The translations under genes and the position numbers were made by a program. DNA of 64,000 nucleotides from Macrostomum lignano (Eukaryota): positions 1 through 64,000 of the forward strand of contig NIVC01000669.1 of NCBI GenBank assembly GCA_002269645.1, in the 5' to 3' direction. Below, piece after piece: positions 31,700 through 45,779 of the stretch (positions within the stretch are counted from its first letter, which is position 1; each line of letters opens with the position of its first letter). The notes below the pieces were generated by a model that was not told the DNA's origin, did not search any database, and saw only the letters and a program-made list of their open reading frames with translations.

Positions 31700-34600
31700 C
31701 CAAATCTCAACATCCCAAATCTCAGCATCCCAAATCTCAGCATCCTAAATCTCAGCATCCTCAAATCTCAGCATGCTAAATCTCAGCATCCTCAAATCTC
31801 AACATCCCAAGTCTCAGCATCCCCAAATCTCAACATCCCAAATCTCAGCATCCCAAATCTCAGCATCCTCAAATCTCAGCATCCCCAAATCTCAGGATCC
31901 CCAAATCTCAGCATCCCCAAATCTCAACATCCCAAATCTCAGCATCCCCAAATCTCAACATCCCAAATCTCAGCATCCCAAAATCTCAGGATTCCCAAAT
32001 CTCAGCTTCCCCAAATCTCAGTATCCCCAAATCTCAGGATTCCCAAATCTCAGCTTCCCCAAATCTCAGTATCCCCAAATCTCAACATCTCAAATCTCAG
32101 CATCCCAAAATCTCAGGATCCCCAAATCCCAGCTTCCCCAAATCTCAGTATCCCCACATCTCAGGATTCCCAAATCTCAGCTTCCTCAAATCTCAGGATT
32201 CCCAAATCTCAGCTTCCCCAAATCTCAGGATTCCCAAATCTCAGCTTCCCCAAATCTCAGTATTCCCAAATCTCAGGATTCCCAAATCTCAGCTTCCCCA
32301 AATCTCAGCATCCCAAATCTCAGCATCCTCAAATCTCAGCATCCCCAAATCTCAGGATCCCCAAATCTCAGGATCCCCAAATCTCAACATCCCAAATCTC
32401 AACATCTCAAATCTCAGCATCCCAAAATCTCAACACCCCAAATCTCAGCATCCCAAATTCAGAATCCCAAATATCTTAAGTGTCAAGTACCTAGAATTTC
32501 TTCCCATATAAAATGCTTTTCAATCCTCTTTCCCCTCTCACTCGTCGAGAGATGCACTCAAAGGCAGTCAAGATGGCTGCAGGGGCCGTGCAGCGAGCTG
32601 TGCATGTACAAGCAGTTGTGAATTCGGCGGCACATGATAAATCGTTGAGAAAAATTCGAATCGAAACGGATGAAAAGCGTGCTGCACTCAAGATAATCCT
32701 GTTGTTAAACAAGCCGCCTGCCTCCCTGTCTGTGCACTGATTCTGGACACCCTGTGGCCTCCCCTCTCGCTGGCTACATTCAGGCCTCTCCCCTCCCAGG
32801 GCCGCATGGGGTGCGCGAATACTGACTGGACGGAGGCTGACGACCTCCAGCTGCAGCGAGAGCATTTCGCTGGGCTCGGGAATCGCAATTGTTGTCTTAG
32901 GCGATATTGTTGGCGCTGAACTGGCTTCCAGCGTCAACTGCGACCCGGCTAGTGCCACCCCCTTCCTAAAATTATCTTCCCTAAATCCTCCTTTTCCGAA
33001 ATCAAAAATTTTCCCTTGCCTAGATATCCCCTTATCAAAATATCAGCTTTCAGATATCTCATCTCCCCCAACTCTCAGCACCCCAAATCTCGGATCCCCA
33101 AATCTCAGCACCCCAAATCTCAGCATCCTAAATCTCAGCACCCCAAATCTCAGCATTCCCAAATCTCAGCACCCCAAATCTCAGACTCAAATCTCAGCAT
33201 CCTAAATCTCAGCACCCCAAATCTCAGCATTCCCAAATCTCAGCACCCAAATCTCAGCATCCTAAATCTCAGCATCCACAAATCTCAGCACCCCAAATCT
33301 CAGCATCCTAAATCTCAGCATCCCCAAATCTCAGCATCCTAGATCTCAGCACCCCAAATCTCAGCATCCCAAATCTCTGATCCCCAAATCTCAGCACCCC
33401 AAATCTCAGCACCCCAAATCTCAACATCCCAAATCTCAGCATCCCAAATCTCAGCATCCCAAATCTCTGATCCCCAAATCTCAGCACCCCAAATCTCAGC
33501 ATCCCCAACTGTGGTGCCGGAGCGCTGAGCTCTAGGCACTGGCTAACTAACTTACTTATGCTATGTACGTGCATCGTAAGTGCACACCATTCTTTCCTCT
33601 CCCTTCACTCTGACTGGCCATCCCCTAAGCCGCCATGTACTTGTACGTAGTTATTTATCATCACGTGACTTTATTTCTGTGTTCTCTCAGCCCCTGCTCG
33701 TATCATTATTTAATAAGCTACTTTCTAGTTAAAATAAACCTTGAGTTTCTTTATGCCAAGTTCACGGCACGACACCAACTCTCAGCACCCCAAATCTCAG
33801 CATCCCCAAATCTCAGCATCCCCAACTCTCAGCATCCCCAACTCTCAGCACCCCCAATCTCAGCATCTTAAATCTCAGCACCCCAAATCTCAGCATCTTA
33901 AATCTCAGCACCCCAAATCTCAGCATCCCAAATCTCAAAATCCCAAATCTCAGCACCCCAAATCTCAGTACCCCAAATCTCAGCATCCCAAATCTCAGAA
34001 TTCCAAATCTCAGTACCCCAAATCTCAGCATCCCCAAATCTCAGCATCCCCAACTCTCAGTACCCCAAATCTCAGCATCCCCAAATCTCAGCACCCCAAA
34101 TCTCAGCATCTTAAATCTCAGTACCCCAAATCTCAGCATCCCAAATCTCGGCACCCCAAATCTCAGCATCCCAAATTCAGAATCCCAAATATCTTAAGTG
34201 TCAAGTACCTAGAATTTCTTCCCATATAAAATGCTTTTCAATCCTCTTTCCCCTCTCACTCGTCGAGAGATGCACTCAAAGGCAGTCAAGATGGCTGCAG
34301 GGGCCGTGCAGCGAGCTGTGCATGTACAAGCAGTTGTGAATTCGGCGGCACATGATAAATCGTTGAGAAAAATTCGAATCGAAACGGATGAAAAGCGTGC
34401 TGCACTCAAGATAATCCTGTTGTTAAACAAGCCGCCTGCCTCCCTGTCTGTGCACTGATTCTGGACACCCTGTGGCCTCCCCTCTCGCTGGCTACATTCA
34501 GGCCTCTCCCCTCCCAGGGCCGCATGGGGTGCGCGAATACTGACTGGACGGAGGCTGACGACCTCCAGCTGCAGCGAGAGCATTTCGCTGGGCTCGGGAA

Positions 34601-36300
34601 TCGCAATTGTTGTCTTAGGCGATATTGTTGGCGCTGAACTGGCTTCCAGCGTCAACTGCGACCCGGCTAGTGCCACCCCCTTCCTAAAATTATCTTCCCT
34701 AAATCCTCCTTTTCCGAAATCAAAAATTTTCCCTTGCCTAGATATCCCCTTATCAAAATATCAGCTTTCAGATATCTCATCTCCCCCAACTCTCAGCACC
34801 CCAAATCTCGGATCCCCAAATCTCAGCACCCCAAATCTCAGCATCCTAAATCTCAGCACCCCAAATCTCAGCATTCCCAAATCTCAGCACCCCAAATCTC
34901 AGACTCAAATCTCAGCATCCTAAATCTCAGCACCCCAAATCTCAGCATTCCCAAATCTCAGCACCCAAATCTCAGCATCCTAAATCTCAGCATCCACAAA
35001 TCTCAGCACCCCAAATCTCAGCATCCTAAATCTCAGCATCCCCAAATCTCAGCATCCTAGATCTCAGCACCCCAAATCTCAGCATCCCAAATCTCTGATC
35101 CCCAAATCTCAGCACCCCAAATCTCAGCACCCCAAATCTCAACATCCCAAATCTCAGCATCCCAAATCTCAGCATCCCAAATCTCTGATCCCCAAATCTC
35201 AGCACCCCAAATCTCAGCATCCCCAACTGTGGTGCCGGAGCGCTGAGCTCTAGGCACTGGCTAACTAACTTACTTATGCTATGTACGTGCATCGTAAGTG
35301 CACACCATTCTTTCCTCTCCCTTCACTCTGACTGGCCATCCCCTAAGCCGCCATGTACTTGTACGTAGTTATTTATCATCACGTGACTTTATTTCTGTGT
35401 TCTCTCAGCCCCTGCTCGTATCATTATTTAATAAGCTACTTTCTAGTTAAAATAAACCTTGAGTTTCTTTATGCCAAGTTCACGGCACGACACCAACTCT
35501 CAGCACCCCAAATCTCAGCATCCCCAAATCTCAGCATCCCCAACTCTCAGCATCCCCAACTCTCAGCACCCCCAATCTCAGCATCTTAAATCTCAGCACC
35601 CCAAATCTCAGCATCTTAAATCTCAGCACCCCAAATCTCAGCATCCCAAATCTCAGAATCCCAAATCTCAGAATCCCAAATCTCAGCATCCCAACTCTCA
35701 GCATCCCCAACTCTCAGCACCCCCAATCTCAGCATCTTAAATCTCAGCACCCCAAATCTCAGCATCTTAAATCTCAGCACCCCAAATCTCAGCATCCCAA
35801 ATCTCAAAATCCCAAATCTCAGCACCCCAAATCTCAGTACCCCAAATCTCAGCATCCCAAATCTCAGAATTCCAAATCTCAGTACCCCAAATCTCAGCAT
35901 CCCCAAATCTCAGCATCCCCAACTCTCAGTACCCCAAATCTCAGCATCCCCAAATCTCAGCACCCCAAATCTCAGCATCTTAAATCTCAGTACCCCAAAT
36001 CTCAGCATCCCAAATCTCGGCACCCCAAATCTCAGCATCCCAAATCTCAGAATCCCAAATCTCAGTACCCCAAATCTCAGCATCCCCAAATCTTAGCATC
36101 CCCAACTCTCAGTACCCCAAATCCCAGCATCCCAAATCTCAGAATCCCAAATCTCAGTACCCCAAATCTCAGCATCCCCAACTCTCAGTACCCCAAATCC
36201 CAGCATCCCAAATCTCAGAATCCCAAATCTCAGTACCCCAAATCTCAGCATCCCCAAATCTCAGCATCCCAAATCTCAGCATCCCAAATCTCGGCATCCC
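31700..36300. repeat. 15-16 bp satellite (CCCAAATCTCAGCAT)n in several blocks separated by duplicated unique segments
   Basis: Blocks at ~31700-32470, 33065-33508, 33778-34175, 34785-35226 and 35495-36300. Confidence 0.93.
32455..36040. repeat. Tandem segmental duplication, offset 1718 bp (~32455-34172 / ~34173-36040)
   Basis: Unique blocks and their ORFs repeat exactly (32491-32958 versus 34209-34676; 33016 versus 34734). The breakpoints lie within satellite. Confidence 0.9.
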
Positions 36301-38168
36301 GAAACTTAATTACTGCTATTCCCTCTAAAAAGACGCAAACAGCTTGGCTCAGTAAAAATGCAGCCGAAGCCTTCCGAGCAGAAATTTGGCGTCTTCAAAT
36401 TTTCCAAGAAACAGCGTACGGGCGGGCGCGCAAGGCAGAAGAGGGCGGATAATGGGCGCCCGCAGCAGCTCCCGCTGATTTTGCTTAACTATTGGCTCCA
36501 TGCAGGTAGAATTTTTATTCGACTCTTTCGAGCCAATTTCCGAGCCATCACAAATCCAGCCCGCCTTCCCCCTGTTGAATCTCAAGAAACCGGGGGGCGG
36601 AGCGGACGGCATGGCTGCAAAAGCAGGCGCGGAAGACGGCAAAACGGCAGCTGAAATGAAATGATGAAGAGGCGGGGAGCGAATCTCGCATCCGCTATCA
36701 TTTCCTCGCCCTATCGTACCCTCCCTTTGTTAATCCCGCATTTTTATCCCCTTTGTCCACACCGGGGGGATTATAAACAGGGCGCCTGCGATGATTGCGA
36801 GTGGCCCGCCTCCCCGACCCATCGTAGGCTGGAGATCCGAGGTTCGCCTCCCCCCTCCCCCAGACAGATCTCTCCATTTTCTATCCCTCTGAGCCGCGCC
36901 CCAAGCAAACGAGAGGCCCCGGCCAGTTGCAAGTAATTAAAAATTAATTAAAGTGGGAGCGGGCTTGGGGACGAAAGGGAAGGAGAGGCGCGATGGGATG
37001 GGCCGCCGCCTCCGGGATTTCCTGCCGAAGCGCGGGAGAGAGAGGGCGAGTCACTCCGGCGAATCCTCAGGCTGGTAGAGGGGGCGCCAGGTGAGACAGC
37101 GGCGCGGTGAAAGGGAAAGCAAGCGGGAGAGGCAGACAGACAGACAGACTCAGATTTGGGGAGCAGGGGCGGAAGGATAAAAGGGAGGGCAGAGGGGAGA
37201 AGGCGCCATCCACCCTAATCCCCTCGGCCTCATTTTTCCTAGCAGCCTCGCATCCCCTCCGGCCGGCTGCTGCAACAGAGAAGAAAATGAAAATCAGATG
37301 GAGAGCAGAGGCTGGTTGACAACAGGCCGATCTAGAGATAAATTTGAAAACAAAAAGAGACTCAAATCCCAGCTGTTGAGCGCCTCAAGGGCCGGTAAAA
37401 GTCTCAGAGACATGCTGCGCACCAGCTGATGAGGACAAGGCTTTACAGATTATAACCGCGTTTTCTATAGTAATTTTTGCCCAAATCGGCGATTGCAATT
37501 GGCGCCGGTAGGGGCAGGTGCCAGGGGTAAATTGGGCAATGCAATCGGGGTGCCCCTAATTGCACCTTTCCTATGCTAGATTTCCTGCGCAGCTGCTTGC
37601 TCAAGACGTTGGCCTAAGCGCTTCGGGAGGGCGGAAGTACAAATCGCATCGGGGAGAGGCAAAACTTAAGACGCCGAGATGCTGGGGAACGCAATGACCC
37701 ACCTGTATGAGTGGCAGTTGAAATTTGTACACACTTTGGGTAGCGCATGCGAAATTCTCAAAAACAACCCTGCAGAGGGAAAAACCGCTAGTCTACTATA
37801 CAAATTTGATTGGTGAGATTTACAAGTTTCTAGCTTCATATTTATACTGATGCAGCAGCAGGTTTTCTCCTACGAGGAGCAGAAAAGAGAGGAGGAATTC
37901 ACTGATGGGGCATTGCATGCGCTAATGACTGATTCGGTGGTGCTTTCGTATATAAAACAAAAAAATCAAATATATATGAAAAATGATTTGTTTCTTTTCA
38001 ATCGGGCAAATCGAATTGAAAGGGAGTCAGATTTCTTTGTAAGTAGAATTTCCAAAGCCAGATTCCCCTCTACAAAATTAAATCGTCAAGAAAAGCATCT
38101 CAAAAAGGTACGCGGCACTGGATGAGCAGGCTGCTTTTTGATAATGATTTATGCATGCCTAATTGCAG

Positions 38169-38251
38169 GATGCGCCTTCCTCACCTACATGCATCCGGAG
38201 AGCGCCATCCACTGCCAGGCCGCTCTGCACGAGAAACAGTCGCTGCCCGGG
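38169..38251 (+). CDS. CELF4-like: CELF exon 2 (RRM1 C-half)
   Basis: TTGCAG|(G)[27 protein letters not shown]|GTGAGC; phases 1 to 0 fit. Confidence 0.93.
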
Positions 38252-38389
38252 GTGAGCGATTCCCTTTCTGACACATTTTTAACACTGATTTTACCCTGCA
38301 AATGTTCGCCGTTCTACTGGTAAGTAGCTGAATTAGCGCATGGCTGGCGAGATGCTCATGATGGAAAAGATTTTTTGTCAGCATCATCC

Positions 38390-38482
38390 CTAGCATCCTC
38401 AGCATCCCAAATCTCAGCATCCCAAATCTCAGCATCCCAAATCTCAGCATCCCAAATCTCAGCATCCCAAACCTCAGCATCA
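38390..38482. repeat. Short copy of the (CCCAAATCTCAGCAT)n satellite
   Basis: About 6 units of the same 15-mer. Confidence 0.85.
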
Positions 38483-39460
38483 ACATCCTTCTTCCACAGT
38501 TGTCTATGGTACAAAGACAGAAAAATGCAACATTTTCATGTTGGACAAGGACAAGGACTTATTAATCAGAACTTCTGAATTCATAATGAGAGATGCATAA
38601 AGTGCTCGGGAAATACGGTTCAAAACACAGCAGAGCGCGCCAAACGGAGGAAATTATAACAAACAAAAGGTTGATGTTTACCAGAGCAAAATTTATTGCA
38701 TAGGTTAGATTTTAAACACGATAAGACCGCAGAATTTACAACCGATATGACAGGCTATGTACAAAGGATTGTCTCAATCCTATATGCGATACACTCGAAA
38801 TTAAAATACAAAAAGACTGGCAGAAATCACGACGTCTCCTACTAGGATTTTCTGGATAGAAAAAGTACAGTGCGCCCTCTGTCAGTCAGGGCTCTTACAA
38901 CAGCCTTCGAAACCGCATGGCTGTTTTGTATTGTCGTCTCGGGTCGTCGCAGCCGACGAAATGCTTCAGCAGGAATCGCCCGAACGACTTGGCAGTTGAA
39001 CGATTTTGACGAGTCGACAGATTGGCGTTGTCGACATTCTTGGCACTGCCGCCGACCTTCTCCCGTCCCGTCGGTGACGAATCCATCCAAGAGGCTTGCT
39101 GGGACGATGCAGACGCGTTTTGATTCTTGTGGAAGTTTAGCAGCCCGAAATTTGTATTTGCTGTTTAAATGCAGGCTTGATCTCTTTTGTTCCTTGTTAG
39201 TTACAGCAATGCATAACGTAGTGAAATAATTTAAATTTAGACAGAAATAAGGGTAAGTACTTTCTGGATGGGAAACACACCCACAGTTTATATATTTTTA
39301 GCTATGCGCATTTTAAGCCGTACTTGAGCTAGAGGACTGCCCTGGATGAAATGTAAACTATTTACAAGAGAATGAGACTGTCATGTGACAGGTAACTGTG
39401 TGCAGAATAAAACTGACGAATTATTTTTTTACTTCTGTAGTATCCCAAACAGAATACTAC

Positions 39461-40144
<684 letters not shown>

Positions 40145-40737
40145 GCATAATATACCATATAAGCTGTACGAGTACTCGAATTCGTCTGAAGCCTCTTGTT
40201 CAAAGTCAAAGCACTCTACTATAAGTAGCGCAATCTGACTCGTCCCAGTTCCAATGCCGTGAGAGACCCTCCAGTAGAAAATCACATTAAAAAGCCACCC
40301 ACGCCAAGCGAGTACAGCAGAATGCAATTCAATTCTCTGCTTCTGGCAGCAACTAAGCCGCACGCGATTGAATAGGGAAGAGTCCGGGAAGCTGCTCTTG
40401 CAGTCTGGCGAGTGGTTTGAGAAATTTGGCGAATAGGCTGCAGCGAGCAACAAACGTAGACGGAAAATGCGTGAGATGGGGAAGAGAATTGAAAGCTAAA
40501 AAGAGAAATCCTGCATTGTTTGGAAGAGCAAAACGGCTTGATGGGGCTTGCAGATGCTGAGCAGATACAAGCAGCTCCGTCAGGATAACTCACCCCCATG
40601 ACTGTACGTCTCTGAAGCGGAGGACAGGGGGTCGGCGTGGCAGATAGATATATCTTGGTTATTGCGAATGCATTTCCCGTGCCTGTGGAAGAAGAGCGAG
40701 ACAAATCCTCCAGTGTCCCGTTCCACCTCCGCTGCAG

Positions 40738-40786
40738 ATGACTCGGCCCATGCAGGTGAAGCCGGCCGACAGCGAGTCTCGCTCAG
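40738..40786 (+). CDS. CELF4-like: CELF exon 3
   Basis: CTGCAG|MTRPMQVKPADSESRS(G)|GTGAGT; matches the conserved RRM1 end RP.QVKPAD.E.R. Confidence 0.92.
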
Positions 40787-43094
40787 GTGAGTCTGTGAGA
40801 TTCCCTACTGATAGTTGGAACGCCAATTTGAAACTGGTGAGTGTGTCTTGACTTGCCTTTTTCCGGCGGGCAGTTTCGCTTCATTCTCTTCTCTATTCTC
40901 TACTCTATTATCTCTTATCTATAATCTCTCATCTTTACACAGAGTTGAACGGAGTCTTTAAGAGCAGCGAAGTCTCTCTCTCTTTCTCTATTCTCATCTC
41001 TTCGTTAGTGTCTGTCTCCCCTTTCCCATATCTTGTCTTTTATCTCTTCCCTGTTCTCTCAACCATCTCATCTGATCCTCTCACAGCTCCCGTTCCCAGC
41101 TGTGTAGTTTCTATAAGCATACAAAAGTACAACTTGAGCACAGCAGGAGTTGACATCTTTTCGCTCGCATAGAAATGGGGCTCCCCACAGGGCCCGCACC
41201 TGCTCCTTCCCCACTGTAGCTCAATGCAGACTCATTAGGCCTTCACAAGAAAAGAGGATGAGAGAGATGTAGAAATCTCAACAGAGATCCTCTTGTTTGA
41301 GCAGACTGGAGTACAGACAGGAGACTCCGCCTGGCTTGTCAGCAGCGCGGAAATAAAGTTTAGAAATTGCCCGAGCCAAAAAGGGAATGAAAAAGATGGA
41401 CACGGGTTCGCCGGCTTTGTTCCTGAGAGCTGGCGTCGTGAAGACTCGGGAGGCTGCCATTGAGTTCTCTCTTTCCTACTACTTCCAGTAGCATGTGCGT
41501 AGGAAAAACATGATAATAATTGCAGGGCTGCGGGCACCCTGGCGCAACGCCTTCGGCGACAACGTCCTAACGTTTAATTAATATGACGCCGAAGGAGCGG
41601 CGGTAAACGCGTCCCAGACTCTCGCTTGTTAATTTGGGGGTTGTGCATGAAAATTGAATTCACACGCAATCCAGCCTGATGCGTCAAAGACAAAGTCAAG
41701 GCCGATGTACGTCTTGTGCCTGCCTGTGTGCATGCTCAGGGGTCAGTGGAACGGTTGCGACTGCTTGCCTGTAGCTGTACGTGATGTGTCTATAAGCACT
41801 GGAGTTTGGTCTCTAGTTACTGTATGTTGTGGTCAACAGTCAACAGATATGTATTATACGATCGTAGTGTAGTTGATAGGGCATGTAGCAGTCAGCACTG
41901 ATCGAGACCCCCTCCGAATCCCCGTTAGATGATTCCCAATTCGCCAATACAGGATTTGGTCTGCCCCCGATTAGCTGGTAAGTCTGCAGTGAACTGCCGA
42001 CTCCCAGGACTCACTTTCTATAATAGGCTATTTGTGGACGGATCTTCATGGACTACTAAGTCAAGAATCCGTACTGGAAACACTTTTCTCACTATTTGGA
42101 TGTGATTAGTAGAATTTAATTTTGAAAAACTACTGTAATTTGGAATCTGTAATCGTGAAGTTATGCAAGTTGCTCTTGTTTCCATCTAGGTCCTGATTTC
42201 ACCTGTAACAATACGGGGTTTCCAATCCAGATTCTAGTCGAATTCCATGGCCGCATGAGGGAAGAGAGTCTGACGTTACATCGGTTTCCACACGAATATA
42301 GATGGGGCTGGGCATCCCATCCTCCTTATTGATTCGCTGGGGTGGGCTTGCTGATGCAGAGAAGAAGCTGACCCAGGGGTGGGGGGTAGTGAGCAGGGTG
42401 AACGGCCCTGCAGGGGGGGGGGAACAGCTTAATAAAAACCCCCGACTCAACCCACATCGCCAAGTCATCCCCCCTTGGTTCTCCCCGTCCTCACTGTGAC
42501 CGGCGCCTCCTCCCCCTCCTTCCCTGGTAAGAGGGGACTGGAGGGGGCTGAGTACATTGCTCACCCTGAGAGAGAGGGAGAGGGGAAGCGATACACCCAG
42601 ATATACGATAGCGAGGGGGCATGGGGAAACACAGGCAGACACGAGAACACACGAAGTAAGCTGCACAGGAGTCAAAGCCTTGATTTATCAATGCTATTCT
42701 CCTGAAAGCCAAAAGAACAAGAAAAGATTAAGTTTTAAACTGCTTGTGTGTTGTGCTTTTTCCTCACAATTAGCATTCGCAAAAGAGAATCAAAAGCAGT
42801 CAGAGTGGCGGAGCTACTGGCTAACGACCTCACCATGCTCATTGAGCAGGGCATGAGCTCGGAGATGTCTAAGAGCACCGCTGACTTGATCGGTCAATTG
42901 CAGCAGCAGCAGCAACAACAACAACAGCAGCAGCAACAGCAGCATGGTAGCGGGAGTCTGTGCAAATATGAAGGCACCCCAACTCCCCATTGCAACGCTG
43001 ACAAGGTTAAATTCATCCAGTTTCAGTTGGCGCACCTGCCAGGACACGAGGGTGAGGCGTTTGGGGCACTTTTCAGCTGGTGAAAGATCCTTCC

Positions 43095-43235
43095 CTTCAC
43101 TCTAGTTGGTCACACTGTCTTTCTCTTGTTCACTCTAATTGGTCACACTGTCTTTCTCTTGTTCACTCTAATTGGTCACACTGTCTTTCTCTTGTTCACT
43201 CTAATTGGTCACACTGTCTTTCTCTTGTTCACTCT
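43095..43235. repeat. 33-bp tandem repeat (CACTCTAATTGGTCACACTGTCTTTCTCTTGTT)~4
   Basis: About 4 units. Confidence 0.85.
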
Positions 43236-43284
43236 AGTTGGTAACACTATTTTTTTTCACTCGAGTATGGGTCACACTGTCTAT

Positions 43285-43720
43285 CAGTAGGGAATTCAGG
43301 GAGGGCAGAGAAGAGAATTCAGGGAGGGCAGAGAAGAGAATTCAGGGAGGGCAGAGAAGGGAATTCGGGGAGAGCAGAGAAGGGAATTCGGGGAGGGCAG
43401 AGAAGGGAATTCGGGGAGGGCAGAGAAGGGAATTCGGGGAGGGCAGAGAAGAGAATTCAGGGAGGGCAGAGAAGGGAATTCGGGGAGGGCAGAGAAGGGA
43501 ATTCGGGGAGGGCAGAGAAGGGAATTCGGGGAGGGCAGAGAAGGGAATTCGGGGAGGGCAGAGAAGAGAATTCAGGGAGGGCAGAGAAGAGAATTCAGGG
43601 AGGGCAGAGAAGAGAATTCAGGGAGGGCAGAGAAGAGAATTCAGGGAGGGCAGAGAAGAGAATTCAGGGAGGGCAGAGAAGAGAATTCAGGGAGGGCAGA
43701 GAAGGGAATTCGGGGAGGGC
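43285..43720. repeat. 23-bp purine-rich minisatellite (GGGAGGGCAGAGAAGAGAATTCA)n, ~19 units
   Basis: Tandem units, two variants. Confidence 0.92.
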
Positions 43721-44029
43721 AGGCCTGCTTGAATGAGCGGTCCATGCTCATAAAAAGGCACAGGGAAGTTTCCCAGGGCAGCAATACAACAGAGAATGCA
43801 GTTTTCTGTCTGCACCGATAAGTTCCGTCAGTCGTCACCATAGCGGGCAAATCCAACCTTCTGGGAATGCTGAGAAATTAGCAATTTTTGTCGCCAAAGC
43901 TTTTTGTCTAGCAACTAATTGAAAACATATTCAATGCGAGAGGCGCCCAGCCTAATTATAGGTCGCACTCTGATCCCTCTGCAAATGGAGAATATGAAAA
44001 GAAATAGAGAGGCTCTGAAAGATATGAAG

Positions 44030-45050
44030 GCTGAGGGTGGATAGATAAGGCTGGAATTATGCAGATGAGGCTGAGAGTGGATAGATGAAGTTGGGATTCT
44101 GTAGTTGAGACTAAGAGTGGATAGATGAATTTCGGATTCAGTAGATTAAGTTGGGAGTGGATAGATAAAGTTGGGACTCTATAGATGAGGCTGAGAGTGG
44201 ATAGATGAAATCAGGATTCTGTAGATGAGGCTGAGAGTGGATAGATGAAATCAGGATTCTGTAGATGAGGCTGAGAGTGGATAGATGAAATCAGGATTCT
44301 GTAGATGAGGCTGAGAGTGGATAGATGAAATCAGGATTCTGTAGATGAGGCTGAGAGTGGATAGATGAAATCGGGATTCTATAGATGAGGCTGGGAGTGG
44401 ATAGATGAAATCGGGATTCTGTAGATGAGGCTGAGAGTGGATAGATGGAATCGGGATGCTGTAGATGAGGCTGAGAGTGGATAGATGGAATCGGGATTCT
44501 GTAGATGAGGCTGAGAGTGGATAGATGGAATCGGGATGCTGTAGATGAGGCTAAGAGTGGATAGATCAAGTTCGGATTCTGTAGATGAGGCTGAGAGTGG
44601 ATAGATGAAATCGGGATTCTATAGATGAGGCTGGGAGTGGATAGATGGAATCGGGATGCTGTAGATGAGGCTAAGAGTGGATAGATCAAGTTCGGATTCT
44701 GTAGATGAAGCTGCATGAGAATGGATAGATGAAGCTAGAATTATTTAGATGAGACTGGGAGTGGATCGATGATTCTGGAATTGTTTTAATGGGGTTGAGA
44801 GTATTTAGATTTTGAGGCTTGGCATGGATAAATGAAATTGGGAGCGGATTGATGAAGCTGGAATTGTGCAGATGAGGCTGGGAGTATTTAGATTTTGAGG
44901 CTTGGCATGGATAAATGAAATTGGGAGCGGATTGATGAAGCTGGAATTGTGCAGATGAGGCTGGGAGTATTTAGATTTTGAGGCTTGGCATGGATAAATG
45001 AAATTGGGAGCGGATTGATGAAGCTGGAATTGTGCAGATGAGGCTGGAAC
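44030..45050. repeat. 40-bp minisatellite (GTAGATGAGGCTGAGAGTGGATAGATGAAATCAGGATTCT)n grading into an 83-bp x3 repeat just upstream of exon 4
   Basis: 40-bp period at ~44030-44760; 83-bp period from 44803. Confidence 0.88.
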
Positions 45051-45114
45051 TGGGTAGATGGGGAAGTTAGGGTGAGCTAGGTCGAGTTGCAAGGCACTAT
45101 TTGAAACATTCCAG

Positions 45115-45323
45115 ATGATCGCAAGCTGTTTGTCGGCATGCTGTCGAAGCAGCAGTCGGAGGAGGACATCAGGCGCCTGTTTGAACCGTATGGACACATC
45201 GAGGAGTGCACGATACTGCGGGACCAGGCGGGCAACAGCAAGGGCTGCGCGTTCGTCAAGTACAGCGTGCACATGGAGGCCCAGAATGCAATTAATAATT
45301 TGCACGGAAGCCAGACTATGGCT
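45115..45323 (+). CDS. CELF4-like: CELF exon 4 (RRM2)
   Basis: TTCCAG|[50 protein letters not shown]...LHGSQTMA|GTGAGT. Confidence 0.95.
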
Positions 45324-45779
45324 GTGAGTGATGAATGCGATATTTTTGTGGGTCTTTTGTGACGTGACGCGAAAGTCAGGAGCTGATTGTTGTTTAATAA
45401 CGAATGTGAATGCTTGCCATATATTTGTAGAATAGCCAAAGTAACTTGACGAGTTAAAGACCGAGAGAAATAGCTAAAATATTGTAAATATTGAATTTCA
45501 CTGATGCACTGGCACTGCGAGTGGAGAGAGTACAAAATGGTAGAGACTTAAGGGGCGAGGCAATGGCTAGCGCAATGATGCACATGGAACAGAGTAGAGT
45601 ACGCATAGAGTACACAATGATTTACTGAGTACACGCAGATCGCAAGCTGCAATTCGCAAACAAAGTGACAAAGCGAAGTTAAACAAACCAACCACCCCAC
45701 AGTTACCCAGCTCACAAACCAAACAACCGTCACCTCATTTTGTTTTTTATGTACTTGTTTTTTGTGACAGTGTGAGCCG

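Noticed and set aside
32491-32958. 155-aa minus-strand ORF (duplicated at 34209-34676)
   Set aside because: No recognisable domain; its recurrence reflects the 1718-bp duplication.
36990-37096. GC-rich segment ending in donor CCAG|GTGAGA as an alternative CELF first exon
   Set aside because: The nearby ATGs give phase 0 or 2, not the phase 1 needed for exon 2; a non-coding exon cannot be shown.
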